From IMG/VR virus record IMGVR_UViG_3300026154_000024: a DNA stretch of 64,000 nt; one strand, given 5' to 3'. This DNA is from an uncultured virus (IMG/VR IMGVR_UViG_3300026154_000024) (lineage: Duplodnaviria; Heunggongvirae; Uroviricota; Caudoviricetes). The notes under the pieces were generated by a model, which was given only the letters and a program-made list of their open reading frames with translations, did not search any database and was not told where the DNA came from. Positions 30,271 to 40,268 of this stretch are shown here, piece after piece. Made by a program: the position numbers and the translations under genes. Every line of letters starts with the position of its first letter. Position 1 is the first letter of the stretch.

Positions 30271-30717
30271 CTAAGAAGAGCTGTTGTCGTCGATGTTCTC
30301 CATTAAGCTAACTTTTTTTCGGTGTAGACAGCCCGCTACACCGCATAGGAAAGGGGAAAGGACATCAATACGACGGCCTAAACGTGATATGTCACGCTTA
30401 TAGTTCAAATCCATCTTTGTCATCTTTTCCTCTAGTTCTATGTATTTCGTGCGCATTTCGTGATTTCCCTTACGCAAATCATCTCTTTCGTCTTTGTATT
30501 GGTCACGTTCTGCGCGTACCTCATTCAGCGTCCGATTAACGTCCGCTAACGTGGTGTTGTAGTATTCTTGTGCCTCCTTGTTTGCTTGTGCCTCGGTTTG
30601 CTTTGCTTCACCGTTAGCCTTGCGTCGGCTTGCCCTCCAATGCAAGAACCATCCCCCACCAAGAAAGACGGTTACAAGCGTATTGATAGTATTGTAAATT
30701 TCCATATCCATAATCAC
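30271..30717 (-). CDS. TM + coiled-coil lysis-cassette protein (holin-like)
   Basis: N-terminal TM, coiled coil, directly upstream of endolysin. Confidence 0.5.
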   Translation of the reverse strand: MIMDMEIYNTINTLVTVFLGGGWFLHWRASRRKANGEAKQTEAQANKEAQEYYNTTLADVNRTLNEVRAERDQYKDERDDLRKGNHEMRTKYIELEEKMTKMDLNYKRDISRLGRRIDVLSPFLCGVAGCLHRKKVSLMENIDDNSSS

Positions 30718-30729
30718 CTCGCTTTCTTG

Positions 30730-32244
30730 TTAAGATAATCCAGTTTTAGCCTTGTTATCTACGATTTCGTCGCTACGGTTTACGCTAATGTTTTTTGCTT
30801 TATCCGCATTTTGTTGCATACCGTCCAAAGGAATAAGCGCACCACGTTCCTCGATGATACGCTCAACCTCATCTGGTGCTGCATCGGGCGACTTTTCGAT
30901 GACCGTTTTCATAGACAGCCATTGAGACTCCATAGACAAGTTCGTAATCTTGGTATTGTTGGTTTCCAATGACCAAGGCACGATTTCGGTTGCAATGTGA
31001 AGTTTTGAATATTTGTCAACACCATTGTTTTCGAGGTCAAGCCCTTCTTGGTGCAAATACACCATGTCATTGACAAACTTTTTCCAATCCTTTGCATTTT
31101 GGGTTGCCAAGGCATAGTCATTCGACATAGCAAGGGCAATACCATTACCGCCACTATTGGTAGCAGAGATGTCCTTTGGCGTGATGAAAGATGTGGACGA
31201 GAACAATGAAATCTTTTCCTCCAAAGTCTTTAGATAATCATTCATCGTTGTAGGCTCTGGCATCTTCAATACCTCGGCAGATTGCTTACCCCCCGTTGTA
31301 TCGCTTGAAAGGTTGATAATCAACGTAGAACTATCGCGCTTGAATGAATCGGCATCCATTTCACCTGTAAACACAAGAGCAAACGTACCAAAGCGTTTCA
31401 AGGCAATATTGTTGATATTCGCCATAAGTTCCCACATTTCGCATGAACTTTGTGCGTATTCCCAAGCAACCGTTTCGCGTCGGTGCAAAAGCGGACAACG
31501 TGAAAAGCCGTGTACTTCGCTTTGAATATTCCACGTCTTGCCGTCATCGGATGGTGTGCAACGGTAATGGTTTTTGTTATCGTATGTATCAATAATCGTC
31601 TTGCCGTCAAGTTGATACACCAAAGAACGTGCAACTTCAAAACCGTATTCGTCATAGTTAGGTACGATTTGATAGCCGTCACGATAACTATACGTTGTTA
31701 CGACCGTCTTTTCCGTTTCCTTGTCAAAACTAAACAAAAGGCCACAGTTACCAAGTTTCTTACAAATGCTGATAGCACGGGCGAGATGCCAATCAAGATT
31801 GCGTTGTTCCCATTCGTCTTTAACGGTTTCAAACGGGTCTATACCGCCATTCTTGGCATCGTTCTTACCAAGGGTAAACAACAACGGATTGGACGTAAGA
31901 GAACGGACATGAGCGGCGTGAATCAACTTTTGGAACGAGCACGTTTGGGTCATATCCATCATGCCAAAGTTCAACGGAGTACCGTCGATTTTAACTTTGA
32001 TGTGAGGGATTGACTCATTCAACAAAATGTGATGCAAGTCTGGCTTGTATTCCGTAATGTAGCGGTCTTGCGAAATAGGCGTAAGTTCAAGGTTTGCAAA
32101 GCCAGTATCAAGGATTGTGTTATTCAAGATAGGCTCGCCCTCGTAACCATGAGGCACCATTTTGCCGCCACGTGTAAAAGGCTTCATTTTCACAAGCCGA
32201 TTAGGGTCTTGAAGAAACCATTTTATGTCATGTAGTCTAATCAT
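30730..32244 (-). CDS. portal protein
   Basis: 504 aa, immediately after terminase; SGGNGIALA segment. Confidence 0.75.
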   Translation of the reverse strand: MIRLHDIKWFLQDPNRLVKMKPFTRGGKMVPHGYEGEPILNNTILDTGFANLELTPISQDRYITEYKPDLHHILLNESIPHIKVKIDGTPLNFGMMDMTQTCSFQKLIHAAHVRSLTSNPLLFTLGKNDAKNGGIDPFETVKDEWEQRNLDWHLARAISICKKLGNCGLLFSFDKETEKTVVTTYSYRDGYQIVPNYDEYGFEVARSLVYQLDGKTIIDTYDNKNHYRCTPSDDGKTWNIQSEVHGFSRCPLLHRRETVAWEYAQSSCEMWELMANINNIALKRFGTFALVFTGEMDADSFKRDSSTLIINLSSDTTGGKQSAEVLKMPEPTTMNDYLKTLEEKISLFSSTSFITPKDISATNSGGNGIALAMSNDYALATQNAKDWKKFVNDMVYLHQEGLDLENNGVDKYSKLHIATEIVPWSLETNNTKITNLSMESQWLSMKTVIEKSPDAAPDEVERIIEERGALIPLDGMQQNADKAKNISVNRSDEIVDNKAKTGLS

Positions 32245-32246
32245 CG

Positions 32247-34019
32247 TTATATCGTACTTAAAACATTTAATATTTCACTTGCGTTACGTATCTTCTTACG
32301 GTGTATTCGTGGGTCAACGTAGTTTTCATTCGTCACGTTAAGCATCGCCAACATATCCTCTGCTTGTAATTGCTTGCGGATTATTCCTGCGTCCTCTTTA
32401 AGCATTTTATGGCAATCGTAGATACTACCACCACAAAGCAATATGACGTTATCGAAAAGGTCGGGTGACATACCCTTTAGCAACGAGTGCATATCCTCTT
32501 TGTTCATCATCATTATGCGGCCATTGGGCGTTTTCTTGAATTGGAATATACGGCTTTCAAACACCATGTGCTTTAAGTAAGTCGTACCGCCCTCGCGTTT
32601 CATATTCTTATGATTGTAACGCGCATTGGCCAATTGCGTCTCGTAGTGAATCAAGCCCGATTGTATCATTTCCATTGCCACGTGTCCTGCCTCGTCTTTC
32701 AGCGTCCTAAATTGCGTCTTTCCGCGATTAGACGACGTTCCTGCGCCACTAAACAATATGGCACGTGGGAAACATTCTTTTAAGAAACCAAAACCTTGCA
32801 CGTCGATAATCATTTCCTTTTCTTGTAGGTTGTGTTTATCGCGGAAATTCATTGCCATCATAACGGCCTCGCGGTTGTTGTTCTCCATCGAGTAGCGAAT
32901 ATCACGGCAAATCCACCCGTAATGTGACCACAATTCCCAATATTTGAAAGTAAGATTATCGAAACCAGTAGTGGCCATATCCATTGTCATGCGGCGTTTC
33001 AAAAGTTCGCTATCACGCGGAATGTCTTTAGGTCTAAACATTCTTTCAACGTCCATTTTTGAAAGTTCCACGTTCACAAGGTCATCAATATTTTCTTCCT
33101 CGTCGTTAATCGAATAATTCCAATTGACTTGATAGGCAGATGCTGCGGTGGCACTATTAGCGGCCAAACCACGATAACCTTTATTCTTGGATAGCATTTT
33201 CTTGTTATCGCGCACATCAAATGTAAAGAAAGCCATTGAAAGGATGAAATCCTCGTATGTCATATCGGGGTCAACGGCCAAAAGCGAATCTATATGGTCT
33301 TTGCACTTTTCGTACACCTCGCGTTTTGTCCTACCCCAAACACATTTGTCAAGGTCGCCATTCGGCATACAAAAGAACATAACAACACCGTCCATCGACT
33401 TGTCAACAGTACCGTCATCGTTAATCCAACCGCCACCGTGCTCGCCTTTTCCACACATCTTACGCATGAAACATTCGCGCTCGGGGTTTTGTGCCAAATA
33501 TATTTGTGCCTTGCCGCTTGAATCACTACGCAAACGTGGGAAAAAAGCGGATATTGTGCGCCAAAGGAACTTATTGCACTCGTCAAAGATTAGTTTCTTT
33601 GCTTGCAAACCTTTGGCAATCTTATCAATAACAATAGGGTTCTCGTTGTCTAATTGTTGGAACTTTATCTCGCTACCGTTGTAAAGTTTCATACCCATAT
33701 CCGTTTGGTTACGGATTATTTCGCCTATCGGGTCATGTGGTTGTTTCTTTACGGAACGGTCAATAAGTGGGTACATTTTCTTTAGTGTGTCATTCACCTT
33801 ACCTGCGCCCCAAAAGTCCGATACGTTACGCATAAAGCAAACTATCTTGGCGTTATCGTTCATAGCAAGGTGTTCTATTGGCGCGTAATACAAAGCAACG
33901 GACTTACCGCCACCCGTACCGCCAGTAAAACATACAATGTCGGCATTAGAACGGATTGCAAGTCTTTGATTGCCGTCCTCTAATGGAGCCAGTACTATGT
34001 CATTACGCTTTCTCGCCAT
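32247..34019 (-). CDS. terL: terminase large subunit
   Basis: Walker A TGGTGGGKS, Walker B LIFDE, AQNP, nuclease MDMATTGFD and SPDLFD. Confidence 0.9.
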   Translation of the reverse strand: MARKRNDIVLAPLEDGNQRLAIRSNADIVCFTGGTGGGKSVALYYAPIEHLAMNDNAKIVCFMRNVSDFWGAGKVNDTLKKMYPLIDRSVKKQPHDPIGEIIRNQTDMGMKLYNGSEIKFQQLDNENPIVIDKIAKGLQAKKLIFDECNKFLWRTISAFFPRLRSDSSGKAQIYLAQNPERECFMRKMCGKGEHGGGWINDDGTVDKSMDGVVMFFCMPNGDLDKCVWGRTKREVYEKCKDHIDSLLAVDPDMTYEDFILSMAFFTFDVRDNKKMLSKNKGYRGLAANSATAASAYQVNWNYSINDEEENIDDLVNVELSKMDVERMFRPKDIPRDSELLKRRMTMDMATTGFDNLTFKYWELWSHYGWICRDIRYSMENNNREAVMMAMNFRDKHNLQEKEMIIDVQGFGFLKECFPRAILFSGAGTSSNRGKTQFRTLKDEAGHVAMEMIQSGLIHYETQLANARYNHKNMKREGGTTYLKHMVFESRIFQFKKTPNGRIMMMNKEDMHSLLKGMSPDLFDNVILLCGGSIYDCHKMLKEDAGIIRKQLQAEDMLAMLNVTNENYVDPRIHRKKIRNASEILNVLSTI

Positions 34020-34072
34020 ACGCGAACCTGTTTATATTATATACAACTTAAACTAAAAGAAATTTCTTGTTG

Positions 34073-34196
34073 CAAAGGTACACATTGTTTCAATGTGTTT
34101 TTGACCACGTATTTGAAAAGTATTTGAAGAATGAGGATTTTCAAAGAGAAAACATAAATACAAGTTTTTTGAATATTATAAATTATAGTATCTTTG
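34073..34196. promoter_or_regulatory. divergent promoter pair driving the two morphogenesis operons
   Basis: TACCTTTG on minus (34073-34080) and TATCTTTG on plus (34189-34196). Confidence 0.75.
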
Positions 34197-34240
34197 CACC
34201 AAACATTTTTGTTTATTTAAATTTTAAATAGTAGAAAACT

Positions 34241-34876
34241 ATGACAAAAGAAGAGGCTTTACAGAAAGTAAACGACTATTGTAACGAGAAAAGTTACACC
34301 AACGCGACACTCACCGATGGTTTTAAAGACAAGTTTGCTGAACATCTCGCAAAGCGTTATCCCGACGCAGCAGCAGACGATGAAACGGCACTTGGTGACA
34401 TGAAATTTGCGCTTAATTCCGCTTTTAGCGGTGCAAGCCTCATTATCACGGATAAGACCAAGGAATTTGAGACGAAAGAAAACGGCTACAAATCCCAAAT
34501 CGATGAGCTGGAAAAGAAAGTGCCAAAACCTAATCAAAAGCCCAACGAGGTTGTACTTCCTAAAGAGGTTCAAGACAAGTTGGATGCTTATGACAAGTTC
34601 ATGGACAATGAAAAGAAAACCACCAAGTTCAAGAACATCATGGAATTGGCCAAGAAAGGCATCCGACAAAATCTGCATGCGTCGTTTGAGAAATTTGCGA
34701 CGGATTATGATGTTAAGTTGGATAAGGAAGACAAGGAGCAAGCCGACGCACTTGTGACGCGCTTTAAGGAAATCTTTAAAGATTCCATTGGCGACATTGC
34801 ACCGTTGGCACCTCAACAAACGCAAAAGCGCGACGAGGACTTCATTGCTTCGCTAAAGAAAGTGAAAGTTCAATAA
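34241..34876 (+). CDS. capsid scaffolding protein (putative)
   Basis: charged helical protein first in head operon. Confidence 0.6.
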   Translation: MTKEEALQKVNDYCNEKSYTNATLTDGFKDKFAEHLAKRYPDAAADDETALGDMKFALNSAFSGASLIITDKTKEFETKENGYKSQIDELEKKVPKPNQKPNEVVLPKEVQDKLDAYDKFMDNEKKTTKFKNIMELAKKGIRQNLHASFEKFATDYDVKLDKEDKEQADALVTRFKEIFKDSIGDIAPLAPQQTQKRDEDFIASLKKVKVQ

Positions 34877-34897
34877 CATCTTAAATAACAAAAAATT

Positions 34898-35641
34898 ATG
34901 GTTACGAATCTCCAATACTTTTTCGAGACCGCTAAGAAACTTCGCGGCGGTCATTGGGTGTGGGTTAAGGACAGCAACGGCGAAAAACGTAACAATATCC
35001 TCCTTGGCGGTACTATCGCTAACCCCAACAAGGGATTTGGCCATCTTTGGGCTGCGCAACTTATGCAGTACACACCTGGCCAACCTATGTTGATTTTCCG
35101 CTCGTTTAAGTTGAAGGCCGATGCAGCAGCCAACGCTACCACTATCTACATTGATGGTGATGGTTATTCGGACGCACCCGAGGTAGGTCAATACCTTATG
35201 GTTGCCCCCGATGCTACCGAGGTTGTATCTATGGAGGCCGACACCACGACAGGCGCTGTTACCGTCACTAAGACCACTTACACTGGTACTTACGCAAAGG
35301 TTACGGGCGTTACTTACGACGAAACAAACCAAAAGTTCGAGGTCACTCTTGAAAACAAACTTTCGACCGCTAAGATTGATGCAGGTACTATTCTTGTTGA
35401 GGCTGACAAGGCCAAAGACACCGAAAGCACTGGTTCTGCACCCGTTCTTTGCCCGAAGCCTAACGTATTCAATGAGGCCGACCGTGATATGCTTCCCACC
35501 GAGGGTTATGGTTTCCAAAATGCTAATTATAGCGTTTCGGGTGTCTATAACAAGCAGGCGTGGATTGCTAAGATGCAACCGTTACCCAAGTACGTGCTTG
35601 CACTTAACAAGTCGCTTATTGACGGTATCTTCTGGATTTAA
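34898..35641 (+). CDS. head decoration / minor capsid protein (putative)
   Basis: T/A-rich, between scaffold and capsid, biased codon use. Confidence 0.55.
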   Translation: MVTNLQYFFETAKKLRGGHWVWVKDSNGEKRNNILLGGTIANPNKGFGHLWAAQLMQYTPGQPMLIFRSFKLKADAAANATTIYIDGDGYSDAPEVGQYLMVAPDATEVVSMEADTTTGAVTVTKTTYTGTYAKVTGVTYDETNQKFEVTLENKLSTAKIDAGTILVEADKAKDTESTGSAPVLCPKPNVFNEADRDMLPTEGYGFQNANYSVSGVYNKQAWIAKMQPLPKYVLALNKSLIDGIFWI

Positions 35642-35687
35642 TCATCGTCGCTATTATTAACACGTAATTAAAGAAAGGAAACAAGAT

Positions 35688-36968
35688 ATGGCAAATGCAC
35701 TTAAATTCCACTTTACCCCTGATGAGGCCATCGAAAAACTTTATCAAAGGGGCTTTATGGATGGGGCTAATGTAGGCTTCCTCCAAACACTGATTGACTC
35801 TACTATCGAAATCGAGGAAAATGCGTTCTTCTGGCAAGAGCACTTCCGTGTCGAAGGTAACGAGTATGACATCGACCGTAACGACCTCAAAAAGAACCCT
35901 GCTTGGACGGTTAAGCAAGGCATCAAGCGTACCGTGCCTATGGCCGACGCTATGGCTCCGCTGTCCGAAACCATGCAACTTGAGGCCGAGGGTATGGAGG
36001 AAAAGACTGGCTCTATCTACCAATATGGTAAGGGCTTGTTTGAAACCTCTATGTCTAAGTTGGAACTTCAAGCACGTCTTCGCGAGCTGGGTGCTGACGA
36101 AAACCTCGTTGTCGGTTTTGTTCGTGGTGTCGCCGACCTTGTAAAGACGCACAACCTGCGCGTTTCACACATGGCCGCTATGACACTTTCTCGCGGTGGT
36201 CAATACGGTAACACTATCAACGTTACCAACGTTGCTGGTGGCACTACTACCACACAAGGCTTTAGCGGTGTTGTCGCTAACCAAAGCGCATACATTCCCC
36301 TTGCCAACTACAAGAAGGCTGGTACTAAGGTATGGACTGCGGCTGATTGCGACATTCCCGAACAAATGCGTAAGATTGAGGCCGATTTCAAGGAGGCTAA
36401 CTACATTCCCGACGGCACACCGTTCGAGTGGGATATTCCTTGGAACATCGTAGTGAACGTTCTCTTGAAGAACGCCGCTTTCATCAAGGAAGTAAACCGC
36501 TACATTGCCCTCTACGCGCCCGATAAGGTTATTGTTGTCACCAACGGCAGCTCGACTACCAACGTTGACACCATCACATACGAGCAACTGGTGCTTTATT
36601 CCCGTTCACCAATCAGCAAGATTTCGCCTATCCGTATCGTGCGCGAGCAACAAGTGGTGCAAGGTATCACTACCTACACTACCGTTAAGGGTTGGGCTTC
36701 AGGTGTGGCTGTTCTCCGTCCTCTTGGCTATGCAGGTGTCTTGGTACACGCAAAGGTCGCCGACGTTGAACTGATGAAGAGCGGTGAGGTCAACAAGGGT
36801 ATCGACTTCTCTTTGGCAAAGGTGCAAGGTTTCTTGAACGTTATCAACAAGGTTACGCCTAATGGTATGTTGAAGTCCTACCACACCGATGTCATCGGAC
36901 GTTACGCTACCGTGCTTGACGAAAGCCCGTATCACGTAGTCGTTGACACCACAACTGCGGACAACTAA
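35688..36968 (+). CDS. major capsid protein
   Basis: 426 aa, position and strongly biased codon use. Confidence 0.75.
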   Translation: MANALKFHFTPDEAIEKLYQRGFMDGANVGFLQTLIDSTIEIEENAFFWQEHFRVEGNEYDIDRNDLKKNPAWTVKQGIKRTVPMADAMAPLSETMQLEAEGMEEKTGSIYQYGKGLFETSMSKLELQARLRELGADENLVVGFVRGVADLVKTHNLRVSHMAAMTLSRGGQYGNTINVTNVAGGTTTTQGFSGVVANQSAYIPLANYKKAGTKVWTAADCDIPEQMRKIEADFKEANYIPDGTPFEWDIPWNIVVNVLLKNAAFIKEVNRYIALYAPDKVIVVTNGSSTTNVDTITYEQLVLYSRSPISKISPIRIVREQQVVQGITTYTTVKGWASGVAVLRPLGYAGVLVHAKVADVELMKSGEVNKGIDFSLAKVQGFLNVINKVTPNGMLKSYHTDVIGRYATVLDESPYHVVVDTTTADN

Positions 36969-37019
36969 ACCTTTAGAATTGGGAAAAGATTTTGCTCATT
37001 ATAAAAGATTGATACGACG

Positions 37020-37400
37020 ATGACGGTACTTGAATGGTTGAAAAAGAAAACACGTTACAGTTTCGAGGAAGGTAACTTTGAGGTTATTGCCCTTGACCGT
37101 GGCGTTCAGCCCGACGATGACGTGTATGGTGCTAACGTTACCAAGCGTCTTAGGGATTTGATGGAGGCTGATATTATTTTCACCGCCGTTCTCCTTTCAC
37201 CTTCAAATACCGCATCGTTGTCGCAATCTCACAACGGCTATCAAAAGTCCATTGGCCAAGAGCAGGATTTCTACCAAGACGAAAAGATTAAGTACGCAAT
37301 CCGTATCTATACGATGTACGGTGACGAACGTGCAGGTATCTTAGAAAGCGCACGACGTAAGATTAAGTTTATATCCATTGAGGACGTTGACAAATTATAA
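37020..37400 (+). CDS. head-tail adaptor (putative)
   Basis: size and synteny. Confidence 0.55.
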   Translation: MTVLEWLKKKTRYSFEEGNFEVIALDRGVQPDDDVYGANVTKRLRDLMEADIIFTAVLLSPSNTASLSQSHNGYQKSIGQEQDFYQDEKIKYAIRIYTMYGDERAGILESARRKIKFISIEDVDKL

Positions 37401-37405
37401 TCACT

Positions 37406-37744
37406 ATGGCATTACGCAACGAAATATCCGAATATCCTTATACGGGCGTTGTAAGACGCAAGGTAGAGGGTCAAGGTGACGAAGATGATGTTGATGTAGT
37501 CATCTACGAGGGCGTTATGGATGAACACATGACTACGGATAACGAGGGTAACACCTTACAAACAGCGTCCTATGTTATTTCCATGCCGTTGACGAAAGAT
37601 GATAAAGGCAACTACATCGTTCCTCGCAAAGGTGATGAAATTTCGTTAGTCCGATTTGGTGAAACATTGGAATTTGTTGTAGATAACGCCGAACCGTCGC
37701 AATTGGGTGGTGTAAGTGTATATTCTACACGCAAGGCTTGGTAA
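37406..37744 (+). CDS. head closure protein (putative)
   Basis: size and synteny. Confidence 0.5.
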   Translation: MALRNEISEYPYTGVVRRKVEGQGDEDDVDVVIYEGVMDEHMTTDNEGNTLQTASYVISMPLTKDDKGNYIVPRKGDEISLVRFGETLEFVVDNAEPSQLGGVSVYSTRKAW

Positions 37745-37746
37745 CT

Positions 37747-38268
37747 ATGGCAACGAAAACAAGGGTTAAATTCAACAAAAAAACATTGGCAAGGCAAATG
37801 TATAACAACATAGCCGATAAGCAAACAGAACGTCTTATAGCCTTTGCAGAAAGCGAGATTATTCGTTTAGTTGAAACCCGTGCTTTCACAAACCAAACCA
37901 TCAACTTGCAAGATTCCTATGTGTGGGCGGTCTATTACAATGGAAAGAAGGCTAAACATGGCTACTACGGCAATAAGATGGCAAAGGGTAAGTCCATTTT
38001 GCACGAATACAGCCCGTCGATTAGCGTAGATGTAAACGGACGTGCATTAGCGCGTAAATTCGTTCAAATCTACAAGCCCGACGAAACACAAGGATGGGAA
38101 ATCGTCTTTGCAGCCTGCGCCCCCTACGGTGCTTATCTTGAAGGCGGATTTATGTTTCATGGCAAACGCTACCAATTCGATGTTATGTCGCAACGGTACG
38201 ACCATATCAAGCAAGCATTATCTCCACTTTGCCGTGTACGATTTGAGGTAAACCAACCAAAGTATTAA
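37747..38268 (+). CDS. neck protein (HK97 gp10-like)
   Basis: FTNQT.NLQDSY.WAVY..G; A.APYGAYLE. Confidence 0.6.
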   Translation: MATKTRVKFNKKTLARQMYNNIADKQTERLIAFAESEIIRLVETRAFTNQTINLQDSYVWAVYYNGKKAKHGYYGNKMAKGKSILHEYSPSISVDVNGRALARKFVQIYKPDETQGWEIVFAACAPYGAYLEGGFMFHGKRYQFDVMSQRYDHIKQALSPLCRVRFEVNQPKY

Positions 38269-38287
38269 AACAAGAAAACAAAGGATT

Positions 38288-38731
38288 ATGTTCAACGATT
38301 CACGAATAGACGTTTACGACTATCTTTATAACCTCGTTTATGACGTTGTTACGAAGAACGTTTACCGTATGGGCGAACCGACCGAAACGACGGAAAGCGA
38401 TTCTAAAGATGGTTTTGTAGTGTTGAAAGTGGGTAACATGAATGACGATTCTGAATTTGATTGTGATGCCTACGGTTGGGTGCGTTGTACGATTACGGCC
38501 TACGTTCCAAAGAAATCGCGAGGACGCTTAGATAAGACGTTATACAAGGCATTTGAAACATCTATCAATCAAGTTGTCAAAGATGTCATTGCAAACGGTG
38601 ATGACCAAGAATATTACATACTTGGTGATAGTGTCCTTTCAATGGACGTTGACGAAACGACGCAAAAGGGAAACCAATATCATGTGTACGTAAAATCATT
38701 CGTTGTCGTTTTAGACGGTATCGAAGAATAA
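38288..38731 (+). CDS. tail terminator protein (putative)
   Basis: synteny before tail tube. Confidence 0.55.
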   Translation: MFNDSRIDVYDYLYNLVYDVVTKNVYRMGEPTETTESDSKDGFVVLKVGNMNDDSEFDCDAYGWVRCTITAYVPKKSRGRLDKTLYKAFETSINQVVKDVIANGDDQEYYILGDSVLSMDVDETTQKGNQYHVYVKSFVVVLDGIEE

Positions 38732-38770
38732 ATATTATTTATCAAATTAAAATATAGAAAGGAAAAAATT

Positions 38771-39280
38771 ATGGGAAAAACAACTGTAAAAGCCGTTAGC
38801 CTTGCATACGGTACAACTGGCGGTTCTGCAACTACCAAGTTGATGGGTGTCTTGAAAGGTCTTTCTATCGGACAGGACGCTCCTGAAAGCACGGAAATCG
38901 AGGCCGAGTTCTACGACAGCCCGTTTGACATCTTCTATGATGGCAACCCCGTTACTATGACGTTCGAGCTGGCCAACTACGAACTTTCCGAGTTGCCTGC
39001 CCTGTTCGGTGGTACTTGCACCGCAGCTTCTGGCGACAACCCCGCGGAGTACGAGGGCTCGGCCAACGCTTACACAAGCGAGCACTCTTGGCAACTTGAT
39101 TTCGGTCGTGGCCATGCAGCCCTCTACATCTACAAGGGCTTGACGATTGGTACTATCAAGAAGGATGCCGACGGCGCATTGAACTATTCCGTTACCATTA
39201 CCGCTTTGGTTCACACCACTGGAACTGGTGCGGAGACAGTTGACCACATGTATAAGCTCGTAGGACGTACTTCGGCTTAA
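38771..39280 (+). CDS. major tail tube protein
   Basis: 169 aa T/G-rich, followed by hairpin and chaperone. Confidence 0.7.
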   Translation: MGKTTVKAVSLAYGTTGGSATTKLMGVLKGLSIGQDAPESTEIEAEFYDSPFDIFYDGNPVTMTFELANYELSELPALFGGTCTAASGDNPAEYEGSANAYTSEHSWQLDFGRGHAALYIYKGLTIGTIKKDADGALNYSVTITALVHTTGTGAETVDHMYKLVGRTSA

Positions 39281-39318
39281 ATTGTGCTCGATTAGTCTAA
39301 GGCTAAACACGGAAACGT

Positions 39319-39363
39319 AAGGGGTGCGTTTATTGGGGTGTCACCCAGTGGCGCATCCCTTTT
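39319..39363 (+). terminator. intrinsic terminator-like hairpin after tail tube gene
   Basis: AAGGGGTGCG..TATTGGG/CCCAGTG..CGCATCCCTT followed by T's. Confidence 0.6.
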
Positions 39364-39391
39364 GAATTTTACGAAATCCAAATAGGGAAAG

Positions 39392-39970
39392 ATGAAACAA
39401 GAAGAAATCAAAGAAAGAGTTTTACCCGAATTTCCAATAGACGTACAACGTGACATATTGGATATAATCAATGATACGCCATCCTTGGTTAAACTTGGTG
39501 ATAAGGAATACCGTGTTAAGGATATGCGTTATTATTCGTTATATCGCATTTGTAGGCTTGTCATGGATATGCGCAATGCAGATGAAACGCTTGATACCGA
39601 CCAAAAGGTTATAACGGCCTTATGCACCGATTTGGATGCTATGTCGGAAATCATGTCCATTGTGCTTTGCAACCATTTGTTTACGCCAGATAAGATTAAG
39701 ACTTATGATGACGTTGACGAAACGATGTCACGCAATGACAAGTTGATACAAGTGATGAAAGCAAAGGTCATGCTTAGCACATTTGACACAAACCAATGGG
39801 CGGCTATCGTGTTAGGTGCTATCAAGTCAATAGACTTGTCTGGTTTTTTTTTAATCAAAAAATCGGTGAGTACGCTTTCGGCTTCACTTCTGACAAGGAA
39901 GCGGAAATCGGAGGAGACAGCATCACTATTTATGGAAGCACAATCATTGCGGACGCCGCAGACTTCCTAA
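39392..39970 (+). CDS. tail assembly chaperone (gpG-like)
   Basis: between tail tube and tape measure; contains slippery T9. Confidence 0.75.
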   Translation: MKQEEIKERVLPEFPIDVQRDILDIINDTPSLVKLGDKEYRVKDMRYYSLYRICRLVMDMRNADETLDTDQKVITALCTDLDAMSEIMSIVLCNHLFTPDKIKTYDDVDETMSRNDKLIQVMKAKVMLSTFDTNQWAAIVLGAIKSIDLSGFFLIKKSVSTLSASLLTRKRKSEETASLFMEAQSLRTPQTS

Positions 39971-40236
39971 AAGTGTTCACGCAATATCGCCTTGATGATT
40001 ACCTATATCGTCTTAGCATTGCGCAAATACAATTCATGGCGGTGGATAACACCCATACAAAGTACCTTAAAGGTTCTGACAAAAAAGCGTGGAACGACTT
40101 CAAAGCCGCTTACGATGCACAACAAAAGTTGGAAAACTTTATGTCTGGCTTGGGCGTTCACAATGACCTTAAAGAAGGCGAGGAGATTGAAATCCCCGTG
40201 CGTCGTAAGGGAACGGAAAAGAAAGAAAAGAAGTAG
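39844..40236 (+). CDS. -1 frameshift extension of tail chaperone (gpGT-like)
   Basis: GGT TTT TTT TTA at 39842-39853; open -1 frame to 40236. Confidence 0.7.
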   Translation, partial: FFFNQKIGEYAFGFTSDKEAEIGGDSITIYGSTIIADAADFLKVFTQYRLDDYLYRLSIAQIQFMAVDNTHTKYLKGSDKKAWNDFKAAYDAQQKLENFMSGLGVHNDLKEGEEIEIPVRRKGTEKKEKK

Positions 40237-40268
40237 TTTATTACGGACAATATATATACACCTGAGAT

